From: Selaginella moellendorffii
Lineage: Eukaryota > Plantae > Lycopodiophyta
Assembly (NCBI RefSeq): GCF_000143415.4
Contig: NW_003314404.1
Coordinates: 62,001-126,000, forward strand
DNA length: 64,000 nucleotides
Direction of reading: 5' to 3'
Each line of letters opens with the position of its first letter. Within the stretch, counting starts at the first letter, position 1. The notes under the pieces were generated by a model, which saw only the letters and a list, made by a program, of their open reading frames with translations, did not search any database and was not told the origin of the DNA. Of the stretch, positions 13,464-24,080 are shown piece by piece. The translations under genes and the position numbers were made by a program.

Positions 13464-16403
13464 ATTTTGTAATAACAGTATTAGAACTTTTAAAATTGTG
13501 ATTAAAATTAACAATATGAAAACTAAAATTATTATCCACTTTTATTTAGGCATGTTTGAGAATATTCTAAGAATATTATCTTGTATGATCAATAGCCAAC
13601 ATCAATTCTGTTGTGTAACATTTAAGTGTTTATAATCTTTAAACATTTTAGTAAACCTAAGATTAAAAAACCACTAGATTTCTAATAAGCCCTATATAAT
13701 AGTGCCACAAAGTTTATAAATGTTTTTTAATTATTCAACATTCTTTTAGGACAATCATAGGATTATGATAAGTAACTTCTTTGTAAAGTATTGATATTTG
13801 TCGGTTTGCTTGTTGAGAGAAAAAGCTATGGAAAATTTCTCTTTATTCTCTTTTTGAATTATGCATTTCAACTATAATTATGAGACTATATAACTTCTCC
13901 TTGTGTACACTCTTTACAAAAGCCATTCAACCAAACCTTTGCAAAAAGAAAAACTAAAAAATTAGCCCTATCTACGATTGAATACATTTTAAGACGCAAT
14001 ACTGTGAATAGCATGTGGTATGTGTTATTAAGTAACTTTGTTTTAATCTTTTCAATTTTTACTTTGAAAAGGGGATTTATTTAAGGATCATATGCTTATT
14101 AACATAACTACGATTTAGCAAAACCACCCAACACGCCAATGTGGCGTGCATTCAAACAATACATTGGGCATCCTAGGCTTATTTACCCCCATCCAGTTAT
14201 GACACAGCCCGTGCTATGTGAAATCCAATCTACATATACTGTGGTTCTTGATTTGGAGACTAAGTCAAAACAAGATGGCCCCTTTCCACCCGCTCCTGAG
14301 GAAAATATAAAGCTTGAGGAGGTAAAGTGAGAGTTGGATGTGAAGTACAAAATTAAAACAATTCTCATATGTTTCTGCTGTAATCACTTCCATTTGAGGA
14401 AAACTCATCACACGATACATAAACTATGGAGCCAGATGAAAGGATTCTCATAACACAGTGCTATGAGGTAGATCGAAAAATTTATCTTGGATTTGTGGAC
14501 AAGACAGTGCGAGTCTAAGAAGGATTGCAGGGGACAAACCAAAAGCATTGCGAGCGAAGGGGAGAAAGCATTGTGTTGCTCTGCAATGCATCCACAGGGC
14601 GGCATAGCCAAAATGCCGAATCCTGGATCGGAACTTCTGTTTTCCATGTCAAGTTCACAACACAGTTATAAGAAAATCGAATTTATTTCTTTCAAAACAA
14701 AAACCTTTTTTTATCACATTTATTTTTAGAACAAACTTTTGCTACTGCTTGACTGTCCTTGATCTCGACGACCATTGTCTCTGCCGCCTGCTCTTTGTGG
14801 GTAGAAACTCCAAAGACTCTACAGTGGTGCTTCGTGTCGTGGAACAGATACATTTAGAGAGATTTCTTCCTTTTTCTCTCTCTAGTATTTATCTAACCTC
14901 ATATCGCCACCACCTTTTCTCCCATCTCGCATTGGATCAAAAGGGAACCCAGGGTGGAAGCTGCTTCTCTCACACTTCCGTTTTTCTTTGTTCTTTCTTC
15001 TTTGATTGACTAGCTCGCGCTTACCAGTCCCGCTTTCTAGCGTCAACGATGCTTAGGTGAGGCATGGTTTGCCAAGGACGAACAGGATCATGCTGTAGTC
15101 CGTCCTGCAAATGCAAAGAGCCCAGACAGCGGCGGCATAATCAGAAGCTAAAGTCTCCTTTGTGCCGCAAGGCTCTGAGATCTTGCGAAAGTTGAGTAAC
15201 CGCATCTATGCAAGATTTATATCAGCATCTGAGCATCGTTTAACTTTATTCCCCGGCTGCTGGAATAGCTTTGCTAACCTTCTTCCTGAAACTTTGTTGA
15301 ACTTTGAATCAACACTCAAAGAAGCGTCTGCCGCTTCCAGTTCAGACTTGAGGGTTTGGCCTCCTGAACTTACATCGGAGTGTGAGTACAAGGTAGCACT
15401 TTTGCCTCAGCACCACCGAGGTCTTGCCAGAGTGCCGAGGGGCAGCGAGAAGAAGTTATATCAGCTACGTGCTCATCTAGATCAGGCCATGGCACATAAT
15501 AATTCATCCTCAAGTCCAAGTTTCTCAAGCTTTTCAACTGCACGAGTGTTGTTACGATATTCTGAATTTTGTTTTACTTGGTACGTCAGGCGTAGGATGA
15601 TGGTAAATCACATAGTGGAAGGCAGGTCACGCAGAATATAGTCAAATGATAAAACCCAGCATCCAAAAGGTTAGTAAAGGTTTTACAGGCTTTTGGGGTG
15701 CCCACCAAAAGTCTTTCGTCTTTATTTCAACAACAGCAGCAGCAATAGTTTGTTGACCAACCAACCAAAGTCTTCGCTTCATTCATTCCAACAGAGCAGC
15801 GTTTGATATGGTGATTTCTAACTGTGGTTATTCCAGATCGTAAGCGTTTAAAATACACCCTTCCAGATAAAAAACGCTAGCTATTGGCCACCAAACTTCA
15901 GTGTGAAAGGTTTGTGCGTGCTTGACTTTCTTGTGCTTCTGGAAACAAAGCCCAGCTATGTGGTAAAACAAAAAAAATTGATATCTAAAAGAGTTTATAT
16001 GTGAGTGTTTGGAAACTTGGCCCTCACACATACAGATATACATTACATATAAAAAAAACGATATGGAGCGAGAACTATGGGAGAGCAGCAGTGAAGAGAA
16101 TAATCGCCTCGGGAATAACGAAGATACTACAAGAGCCAAAGTTAGTATACGGATGTGGGTGACGTGGCACAGTGTGATGTCCCCGTGGCGCCTCCACGTG
16201 TGACTTTTCCAGTGACGCGTCGGACCAGCTCCCTCTTTTGTTAGCGTTTCGCGGACGGTGGTGGCGCCAGCGCTAGGGTTTTGGAGACCCACCGCACTTC
16301 TCGCCCATCGATTTGGGGGCATTGGAGCTGGAGCCCTGGCAGGAATTCCTCGCATTTTCGATCCAAGGGAAGGATTTTCTAGAACAGGACCGAGACCTCT
16401 TTC

Positions 16404-17780
16404 ATGTTGATCCCGCGGCGCGCGGGCGAGGAGCAGTGGCACAGGTTTGAGGAGCTCATGTTTAGAATGTGCCTCCCGGGCAGTAGGAAAGACAAGAAAG
16501 GCAGCCAAGGAGGAGAAGCAGCGCTGAAAGGCAGTGACAGGAAATCATCGAGGAGGGAGTCGGCGGCCCGGGACAGCAGCCTAGGCAGCACCACCGACGG
16601 CGGCTTCACCACTTTCACCACCACCGCGTCCAAGGAGTCCAGGACCAACAATTCCAGGGAATCCAGGGACTCGAGGGTCTCGTCCAGCAGCAGTGCGAGC
16701 TCTCTCGCCGGGATCAGGGACCTCCTCCCAGACGGGCCTATACGCTACCGATACAAGGACCTGGTCCGTGCCACGGACAACTTCAGCGAGGCCAGCAAGA
16801 TCGGCGGCTCCGTGTTCCGCGCTCTCGTCCGGGGCGCCGACGTCGCGATCGTCCAGAAGAAAGGGAGCTTCGTCGGGAACTACATCGAGCTCCTCAAGAT
16901 CATCACCAGCGTCCACCACGTCAACCTGGTGAAGGTGCTGGGGGCGTGCTTGCGCGAGAGCGAGCACGTCTACGTTTGCTACGAGTACGAGGAGGGGGTG
17001 AATCTCCGGGAGGCGCTGCACAGCCCCAGGGCCGAGGGCTTCTCCGCGCTGGCGAGCTGGACGTCGCGGCTCCAGGTCGCGCTGGACGTGGCGCTGGGCC
17101 TCGAGTACCTCCACGACCACACCATGCCGCCTTTCGTGCACAAGCACGTCAAGAGCACCAACATTATCGTCACCAACGAGCTCCGAGCGAAGATCGTCAA
17201 GTTTGGCATCCCGCAGCTGGTTGGAGAGATCCCGTCGCCTCTCCCCGCGAGCGCCACGACCAAGGAGAACGCCGAGATCAAGTTAGAGGAACACGAGAGG
17301 CTACCGAGGCGGAAGCTCGTCCGGCAGAACAGCATCAAGATCACAGGCACTCCCGGCTACATGTCCCCCGAGTACCAGACGAGCGGGGTGGTGAGCAGCA
17401 AGATGGACGTGTTTGCGTTTGGGGTGGTGCTGCTGGAGCTCCTCACCGGCAAGCAACCGGGCGTTCAGCTGGATCCCGCGACCAAGAAGCACAAGGTGGT
17501 TTCCCTCACGGACGAGGTGACGGAGATCATGGAGGAGCGTGATCCCCGGAAGAAGCTCCGCCTGTGGATCGACGCCAGGCTCCGGGACTCGTATCCGGTG
17601 GACACGGCGATGAGCGTCACTGCTCTCGCCAGGCTTTGCATCGACTCCAACCCGGAGTCGCGGCCTCCCATGAAGAACGTTACCGCGAAGCTGTCCAACT
17701 ATTTGATCAAGTCCCAGGAATGGGAGAGGGATTTCCTGGCGTTTCGGGAGCAACAGAGTCAAACAATGGAAGGAAGATAG
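16404..17780 (+). CDS. Intronless LysM-RLK-related cytoplasmic protein kinase, probably a pseudokinase (true start may be ATG 16458 or 16467)
   Basis: Kinase subdomains VHHVNLVKVLGAC, WTSRLQVALDVALGLEYLH, GTPGYMSPE, DVFAFGVVLLELLTG. Ser/Arg-rich N-terminus with no TM or ectodomain. HRD is HKH and DFG is KFG. Confidence 0.9.
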   Translation: MLIPRRAGEEQWHRFEELMFRMCLPGSRKDKKGSQGGEAALKGSDRKSSRRESAARDSSLGSTTDGGFTTFTTTASKESRTNNSRESRDSRVSSSSSASSLAGIRDLLPDGPIRYRYKDLVRATDNFSEASKIGGSVFRALVRGADVAIVQKKGSFVGNYIELLKIITSVHHVNLVKVLGACLRESEHVYVCYEYEEGVNLREALHSPRAEGFSALASWTSRLQVALDVALGLEYLHDHTMPPFVHKHVKSTNIIVTNELRAKIVKFGIPQLVGEIPSPLPASATTKENAEIKLEEHERLPRRKLVRQNSIKITGTPGYMSPEYQTSGVVSSKMDVFAFGVVLLELLTGKQPGVQLDPATKKHKVVSLTDEVTEIMEERDPRKKLRLWIDARLRDSYPVDTAMSVTALARLCIDSNPESRPPMKNVTAKLSNYLIKSQEWERDFLAFREQQSQTMEGR

Positions 17781-17897
17781 CGAAACAAGAATTTTGTTGT
17801 CTTTCTCATTTTTTGGTTCTTCCCAAAAGAACCAAGTTCGCTGCTGTATATTTTACACGTAGCTCTTGTAGCTCTCACGAAGAAAGGATTTTGGTTC

Positions 17898-19298
17898 TCA
17901 ACTTCGCCAGCCGACAGGAGGTTCCGGCTGGAAGAAATCTCTCATTGACGAGGCATTCTTTATCTCGGAAGGCATTTGGGAGAGCTCGTCCTTGTCGGAA
18001 TCAAAATGGCTGAAAAAGTTTGATCCGGACGTGAGCCAGTCGTAGTTGAGCTCCCCAGGCTTGGCATACTTTTGCCTGAGATAAAAAGGAGAGGAATTTC
18101 AGCGACTGGAAATTGGAGCGAGAGCTCAGATACCATTCTTGATCATCAATCATGCACTCTGTCATCCCAAAAGCTTTAAGTTCCTCTCGTGTGTGATGAA
18201 CAAGCAAGCTATACCTGGAGTAGCAAAAGAGTATTGGCTAAGTTGTTGATGAGAAACTTACCGTCCTCCAGGCCCGGTTTCCATCACCATGGTTCCCGTG
18301 TTGCCAAAGTTCCATAAACCTTCGAATTGCTCCACCGTCCACTTGTACCATCTCATCAGGAAGACCCGCAAAGTAAGACCGTGTGACACGAGAACCAAGT
18401 TCACGTTTTTTGACCTGTCCTCGGGTCTTTGGAAACGACCAATGTCAATGTCTGCTCTCAAAGTTTCCCTGAATCCTGTGTACGAAAACTGTAAAGTGCA
18501 AAGAGAAAAACCGGACTTTTCAGACGAAAAGTGCTTGATACCTGTGATACGATCGTAGACATCTGCTGCAGATTCTCCATTTGGAAACCTGTAGAAGAAT
18601 CGACCATAACGCAGCCGGATTTCTTTTTCAACTCGCATTCGCTCCTGGTCTTGAAAGTTTCCTGTGGAAAAAGTGAAAAAGAAAAAGGTTCCGAGTTAAA
18701 TTCACGGCAAGGAAAAAATAATAAAAAACATACCAAAATCCTGCTCACGGAGCCTCGGTTCTTCTCGGACACCTGCAATTCTCTCTCGCTCGAATGCCAT
18801 TCCAATCGCTTTGAGCGTCTGCAAACTTCGACGATACGGGGAAACATAGAAGTAAACCTTCCAGTCTGGAGCACCATCACTCTCGACTAGAGTTCTTATC
18901 CTTTTCCCACATTCTATGGCCTGCCTCCATCCAGCCTCGGTGAGAGATATCTTGGAGTCTGGAATCCGAGTGTAAGCACCTTCATCAATGTTGCCTTCAC
19001 TTTGGCCATGGCGTACCAGAATGATTCGTCGGGGTCGAGGTGGTGCTCCTAACACAAGCTGCTCGTGCTGCTCCGCGGCCGAAAAATCGGCAATGTCGTA
19101 GAGATAATGCCCCCTGTGAAAATGCCTGTCTTCTCCCAGGCTACAGTGAACCATGAACGAAGTGCTTCTTCCATGCCCTTTTACCTTGCCTCGTCTAGCT
19201 TGCTCCAATCCTACTAAACTTCCCCTCTTCCTGCCTGTTAGACGTAGGTTCCACCTCTTACCATGGATCCTGCTGCTGCTGCTGCTAGAAGCTTGCAT
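17898..19298 (-). CDS. Phosphoglycerate-mutase-like histidine phosphatase (At74H-like); exons 19298-18734, 18661-18542, 18475-18262, 18214-18134, 18075-17898
   Basis: RHG motif (RIILVRHGQSEGN), VSPYRRSLQT, EEPRLREQDFG, GESAADVYDR, VSHGLTLRVFLMRW. Phase-consistent GT-AG introns and a transit-peptide-like N-terminus. Confidence 0.92.
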
Positions 19299-19526
19299 CT
19301 TTGCTAGAGCGGCTCTATGCTTCAGTGATAATTTAGACTCTGTTCACTTCAATGATAGATAGCCCTGAAGAAACCAAAGAATCAAAAACACGCAACAGAA
19401 AAGAAAGGCGAATAAACTTCTTACGGCGGATTCTGTGAAACACGTTTCTCTACGACAAGCGCACGTCTTTGTCAAATTCCAGTCTACCATTCACGCTGGG
19501 TAGTAGTATATGACACGAAGACTTTG

Positions 19527-20468
19527 CTAGTTTATGGTGCTGCAAGCTCTAGGCCCTGGCGGTTCTCTCAAGCACGAGCTGATAGCTGCAACAGCGGCCT
19601 CTATCGAAGCATCTTCTCCCTTGAGAAAGAAATATCAAGCCTTACACTGTGAAGAAAAAACGAAAGAAAAAGAAAGTTGATCAACGAACCTTTTCACGCC
19701 AGTAAAATACATTTCCATATTGGCCCGCCAGCCTCGACCAAAAGCTGCGAGGAACATTAAGGTCTACGGACGCACCGACGTTGAAGTTTAGTATGTTCCC
19801 TGTCACGATTTTATTCTGCATAGGTGAGAACTATGCGTCAAAGTCGATGGTGCGTACCAAGGCTAGGATCAGCAACGAAAACAATGGTATTGTCATCGAC
19901 TTTCCAGAATTCTCGGATCGCCAACCCTGCAAAAATCACAACAGATTTGTTCTTGTTGTAAGTTGCAAAAGGCAAGTACCTGGAGTGTTGGGATAGTTTT
20001 GAGCAAGAACTCGGAGCTTGAATCCAGTGAGCTCTTCTATCTCTTTGATTTCCTGGGCAATGCGCCCCTCCTAGAAACCAAGCAAGAACATTAAAGTAAA
20101 AGGAAAGGAACAAGAAAAGTTTGCTCGCTAGAAATTTCTTGCTTACCTGACCTTCTGAAAGAAATCCAGCGACGTCAATCACTGGAGTGTAGCTTCGCGG
20201 TAGCAATTCCGGCTTGTTCACGCCTTCCGGCCTCGCTTGCAGCAGCGTCGGGCCTTGAAACACGAGGAGATCACACAAAACGTACGCTTGACATAAATCA
20301 CTCACCAGAAGAGAGGGCGATGGACAAACTCAATGCGGCAGGCAATAGCACACTCCTCTTGGCGCGCTCCATCGCCTCGCCCCAATTCCACCTCGCAGCT
20401 ACACACCTCCTACCGGCATTCGGACGATCAAGCGCCAGAGCCAGCGAGTGAGCTCCCCGAAGAGCCAT
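19527..20468 (-). CDS. Thylakoid lumenal 15 kDa protein 2-like (TPM domain), multi-exon
   Basis: Bipartite targeting peptide MALRGAHSL...LLPAALSLSIALSS, then ARPEGVNKPELLP..PVIDVAGFLS, GFKLRVLAQNYPNTP, FWKVDDNTIVFVADP, FWSRLAGQYGN, GEDASIEAAVAAISSCLREP. Confidence 0.88.
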
Positions 20469-20675
20469 CCCGCCCTAAAATTTTAGATAGCTGGCGCTGA
20501 CGTGTTTTTATTTAGGGCTATTAAGTTCATATTAGCTATTAAATTAAAGGTATGAGGAAAACATGGTTTGTGACCGTCGAAACAATTTGATAATGTTTAT
20601 ATTTCTTGGTTTATAATTTATATTTATAGCATGTAATTTGTAAAGCAAACTATAACCTAAGACAATAGCGAATAC

Positions 20676-21929
20676 AACTTGATGACAACTGAGGACAATC
20701 AAAATCAACCGAGGACAACCAAAGTAAAAAAAAAAATGTTATACATTGCATGTGGCAACATTTAGTTTGCTTAATAATAGTTTTATTATTACTTATTAAT
20801 CTAATTGATCAAATAAAATTTATAATTATAAGCATGTTTGTAATTTATAAACACAAGATTAATATTATTGCATATCAACCATTAGATAATAGAATATAAA
20901 AAAATATACTAGAAAGTGTTTAAGAAAGTTTATAAATTATAAATACAAAATTAATCTAAATGAATAACAACCGTTAGATGGTAAAATATCCTAGAATATC
21001 TAAGTATATTCTCAGATTTGCTTAAGCAAACCAAAAATTAATCCAAGTTATATAATATATGGAACCTCCGCATGACTACCACTTTCTTTTTCTTTTTTTC
21101 ATTTTTGCAATGTCAATGGGTTATTGTGTTGGAGACCAATTGCACATAGGAGCAGAGATAAGGGTTTTGTATTTATAGGGGTTTTTGCTAGTAGTGCAAG
21201 AAGGTTTCATTTAGTAGGTTGCATCAGTTTGATGTTGTTTAAAGAGCTTGTTTGTCTCTTTAAAGCAAAGCAAGATGGATAATAATTTTCATTTCTTTGC
21301 CTTTCTTAATTTAGGCCTTCACAGCTATTGGCAAGGGCTCTACTAAATCACTAGTAGTTACTGAAGGAAGTTCAGAGTATGTTTTCCTTATATTTATGCT
21401 GCATGTTTAACCATTTCACAAGGTATAACAAATTTGGGCATGTAAGAATTGATGTATTAATGAGTTCTTCACTACTCATTCTTGGATTTACAAAACATTA
21501 TGGTCCTAGAGAAAGCTTGGAACCACCGTCTTCACATTAGAAATTGCAACAAACCTTAGGAACAGAAATTGCTTATTTTTTAGAGGCATCCTCTTGTTTG
21601 TGACCAAGCTTTTAAGACTCATTCAGTGAAGCCTCTTGTTCATAACCAAACTCATAGCATGCATTAGAAGAAATCTATGGTACTGGGAATCCTAGTGAAG
21701 CCTCCCAGGTGCACCAGGGCAAAGGTGTGTGGAAAGTGGACAGGAAAGGGCTATGATCCCACCCATGGCCATTCCATAGCCAAGAAGATTCTAGTGAATA
21801 TTTTATAACCAAGAAAGTTGGCTCAATTTTTTGGGCAGTACCACACGGACTAGTTTGTCTTCATTGTCCATTAGTTGTGACTTTGATTGTCCTCGGTTGT
21901 CTTTGTTTGTCCTTAGTTGTCACCAAGTT
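20676..21929. mobile_element. Decayed TIR DNA transposon remnant (AT-rich)
   Basis: 50-bp inverted repeats at 20676-20725 and 21880-21929, built from repeated GAGGACAA/TTGTCCTC units. No intact transposase seen. Confidence 0.6.
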
Positions 21930-22510
21930 TATTCTGTTGTCACTGGATTGTCTTCAGTTTACATATTAGCTATTAAACTGATAAGAAGAGATTTTAGCCA
22001 AAAGAAAAAGGTACAAGGAAGATTAAAAAGCTAATCTTTCAAACCAATATAAGACAGGATATACGTACTGATTGTGAGGAAAGCTGGTTGAAATAGTGTG
22101 TTCCTCTATCAGCCAAAACAGTGACCATTTAAGATTACAGAGCATAAGTTTGAGAGCCTTTGTCCACTTCTCTAGGTGGTTGTTTGTCCACTCGATTGCA
22201 ATAGCTTCCACCTTGTGCAACAATAGACACGGGCATTGTTTTCATCCACAAAACAAGAAACAGAAAAACAGCTTACATGAAGGCGGAAATTGTTGATTGT
22301 TCCAAAATCCCCGTTGTGCCAAATGTGAAACGCCTAGTTAAGAACATTTGCATCAGCAAATTCCAGCACCCCTGTTGAATCTCCGCTCGCCATCGCTTAG
22401 GGTTCACTTGTGTATCCAATCAATCTGTATGCTAGAAAATATAAGTACCCGTACAAGCTGAAGATCCTAATCACTTACGAGTCTGTAGAATTTTGTGGAG
22501 ATTGTGATAG

Positions 22511-23407
22511 CTAGAAACAATAGTTGGGAGGACCCTTGGCCCGTTTCAAGTAGGCATCCTGGATGCACTTAAGATCCAGTTTTATGTGATCGCCAAATCG
22601 CTCCTTGATGCTGTCAGAATCCAAAGGACCGCCTTGGAGCATCTTGGTGGTGGCTAGTCTGAGCTCGTACTCGGGCAAGCCAGGCTGGTCACAGGCAGGC
22701 CCGCCAAGCCCAACGCCAGTCACCTCGATCCCCTTGCTCCTCAGGAACTCCAGAGTCTTGGGACGCAGGCCTTGCTCGCCGAATGAAACCGCAGTAGTGC
22801 ACGCCACGCTACCATCTTCCATCCGCTCGTGTACCACGGCCAGCATGGGCATCAGAGCAGCAGGATCAGACTCGCGGTAGTAGAACTTGAGCGCCAGGAA
22901 GATCTGCACTCTGGAGTCGTGGACGTTGAAGTAGCAATCGGTGTAGGAGAGCAGCTCCGGCAGCGTCTGGCACACGCCGATGTCGAGGATGAAGCGCTGG
23001 CAGGGCAAGTTGGAGGTGAGAGCACGACGATCCGGACGCTCGGTGCGGGAAACCGTTGGCTCGTATCCACCCAACATGTTCATCCGGATGCTCCTCTTGT
23101 CGGGGTGGAAGAGGGAGGGGATCGCGTCCACAGGTGGATCAATCGCGCGGCGCACTTTCTCCCTGACGAGCTCGCAGTGCGGGTGTGCGTCGGAGAGGAA
23201 CACCCTTCCGCTTCGCATCACGCACCTGCAGCACAGTTTCTCGCACTCGTGGTACTTGAAGAACTTGGCCGTGTTCCATCCCTTGCCCAGTGTCACATCC
23301 TCCCGCTTGTTGAACGCCTCCCAGTCGAGATCGTCCTCGTGCTCTGTCTTCTCCAACGCGACCCCGACCGCACGAATGTATTTGGTTCTGAATGACTCCC
23401 TCGGCAT
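22511..23407 (-). CDS. Intronless 298-aa protein resembling the Crinkler-associated (Uma2-like) restriction-endonuclease-fold domain
   Basis: Clean GC-rich ORF. Motif order YEPTVS...FILDIGVCQTLPEL...YF...VQIFLALKF...AVSFG...GVGLGGPAC..PGLPEY...IKLDL..IQ matches my recollection of CR-REase proteins from fungi/oomycetes (not searched). Confidence 0.65.
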   Translation of the reverse strand: MPRESFRTKYIRAVGVALEKTEHEDDLDWEAFNKREDVTLGKGWNTAKFFKYHECEKLCCRCVMRSGRVFLSDAHPHCELVREKVRRAIDPPVDAIPSLFHPDKRSIRMNMLGGYEPTVSRTERPDRRALTSNLPCQRFILDIGVCQTLPELLSYTDCYFNVHDSRVQIFLALKFYYRESDPAALMPMLAVVHERMEDGSVACTTAVSFGEQGLRPKTLEFLRSKGIEVTGVGLGGPACDQPGLPEYELRLATTKMLQGGPLDSDSIKERFGDHIKLDLKCIQDAYLKRAKGPPNYCF

Positions 23408-23469
23408 GGTCTTCTCAAATTCTCAAGAACCCTAAAAAGATGAACACCATAATTTAAGACGATAATATT

Positions 23470-23770
23470 CTAGCAATATTTTTGGTTTATTGGTAGAGCG
23501 AGCTCCCGAGTTCCAAGGAAAACGACCATCGCTGACCACCAGTGGAGAGGGAGCGTAGTGCGAGGAAGGAGAGTTACCAGGAAGAAATGCAACGTGTGGT
23601 CACACGAGAATCTACACGAGAACCAGACGCACATATGCTCAGAGGGATGGAACTTGAGGGACATACGCAAAGCCTCCAATTGAGTCTAAAGAGCGAGAGA
23701 GAGAGAGAAACAAGGCTGGTTGAAATGCCATTTACATGGCTTGCCAGTTCCTAGCTGCGATTTGTCCTGG
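23470..23770 (-). pseudogene. Degenerate duplicate of the last exons of the ZIFL transporter
   Basis: Colinear with 24090-24430 (TTTGGTTTATTGGTAGAGC, GTTCCAAGGAAAACGAC, CACACGAGAATCTACACGAGAA, GCTGGTTGAAATGCCATTT), with indels. Confidence 0.8.
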
Positions 23771-23837
23771 ATCGTGTACTTTAAAACTATTTTAGTTCCA
23801 AATACAAGAACCACAACTTTTTTGCAAGGATGGCATG

Positions 23838-24015
23838 CGCCGATGTCGAGGATGAAGCGCTGACACGGCATGTGTGAGGTGTGTCGGAGAGGATCGCATT
23901 ACGCACCTACTTGAAGAACTTGGCCGTGCTCCATCCCTCCCAGTTTCACATCCTCCCGCTTGTTGAACAACACTCAAACCCCTCTAACGCGACGGCCGCG
24001 TAAATGTTCTGAATA
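23838..24015 (-). pseudogene. Deletion-riddled duplicate of the 5' half of the REase-like gene
   Basis: Blocks CGCCGATGTCGAGGATGAAGCGCTG, TCGGAGAGGA, ACTTGAAGAACTTGGCCGTG and CACATCCTCCCGCTTGTTGAAC occur in the same order as in 22975-23395. Confidence 0.85.
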
Positions 24016-24080
24016 GAGATTGTCAGGAACTCTACAAAGAATAAGATCTCAATAATCCAACTAACATTATATTGACTTGA

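Noticed and set aside
14139-15641. Protein-like short ORFs (14139-14330, 15162-15641)
   Set aside because: No recognisable domain and no consistent exon chain could be built. Possibly pseudogene debris.
16220-16240. miR166-like TCGGACCAG seed
   Set aside because: The match stops after 9 nt and there is no precursor hairpin.
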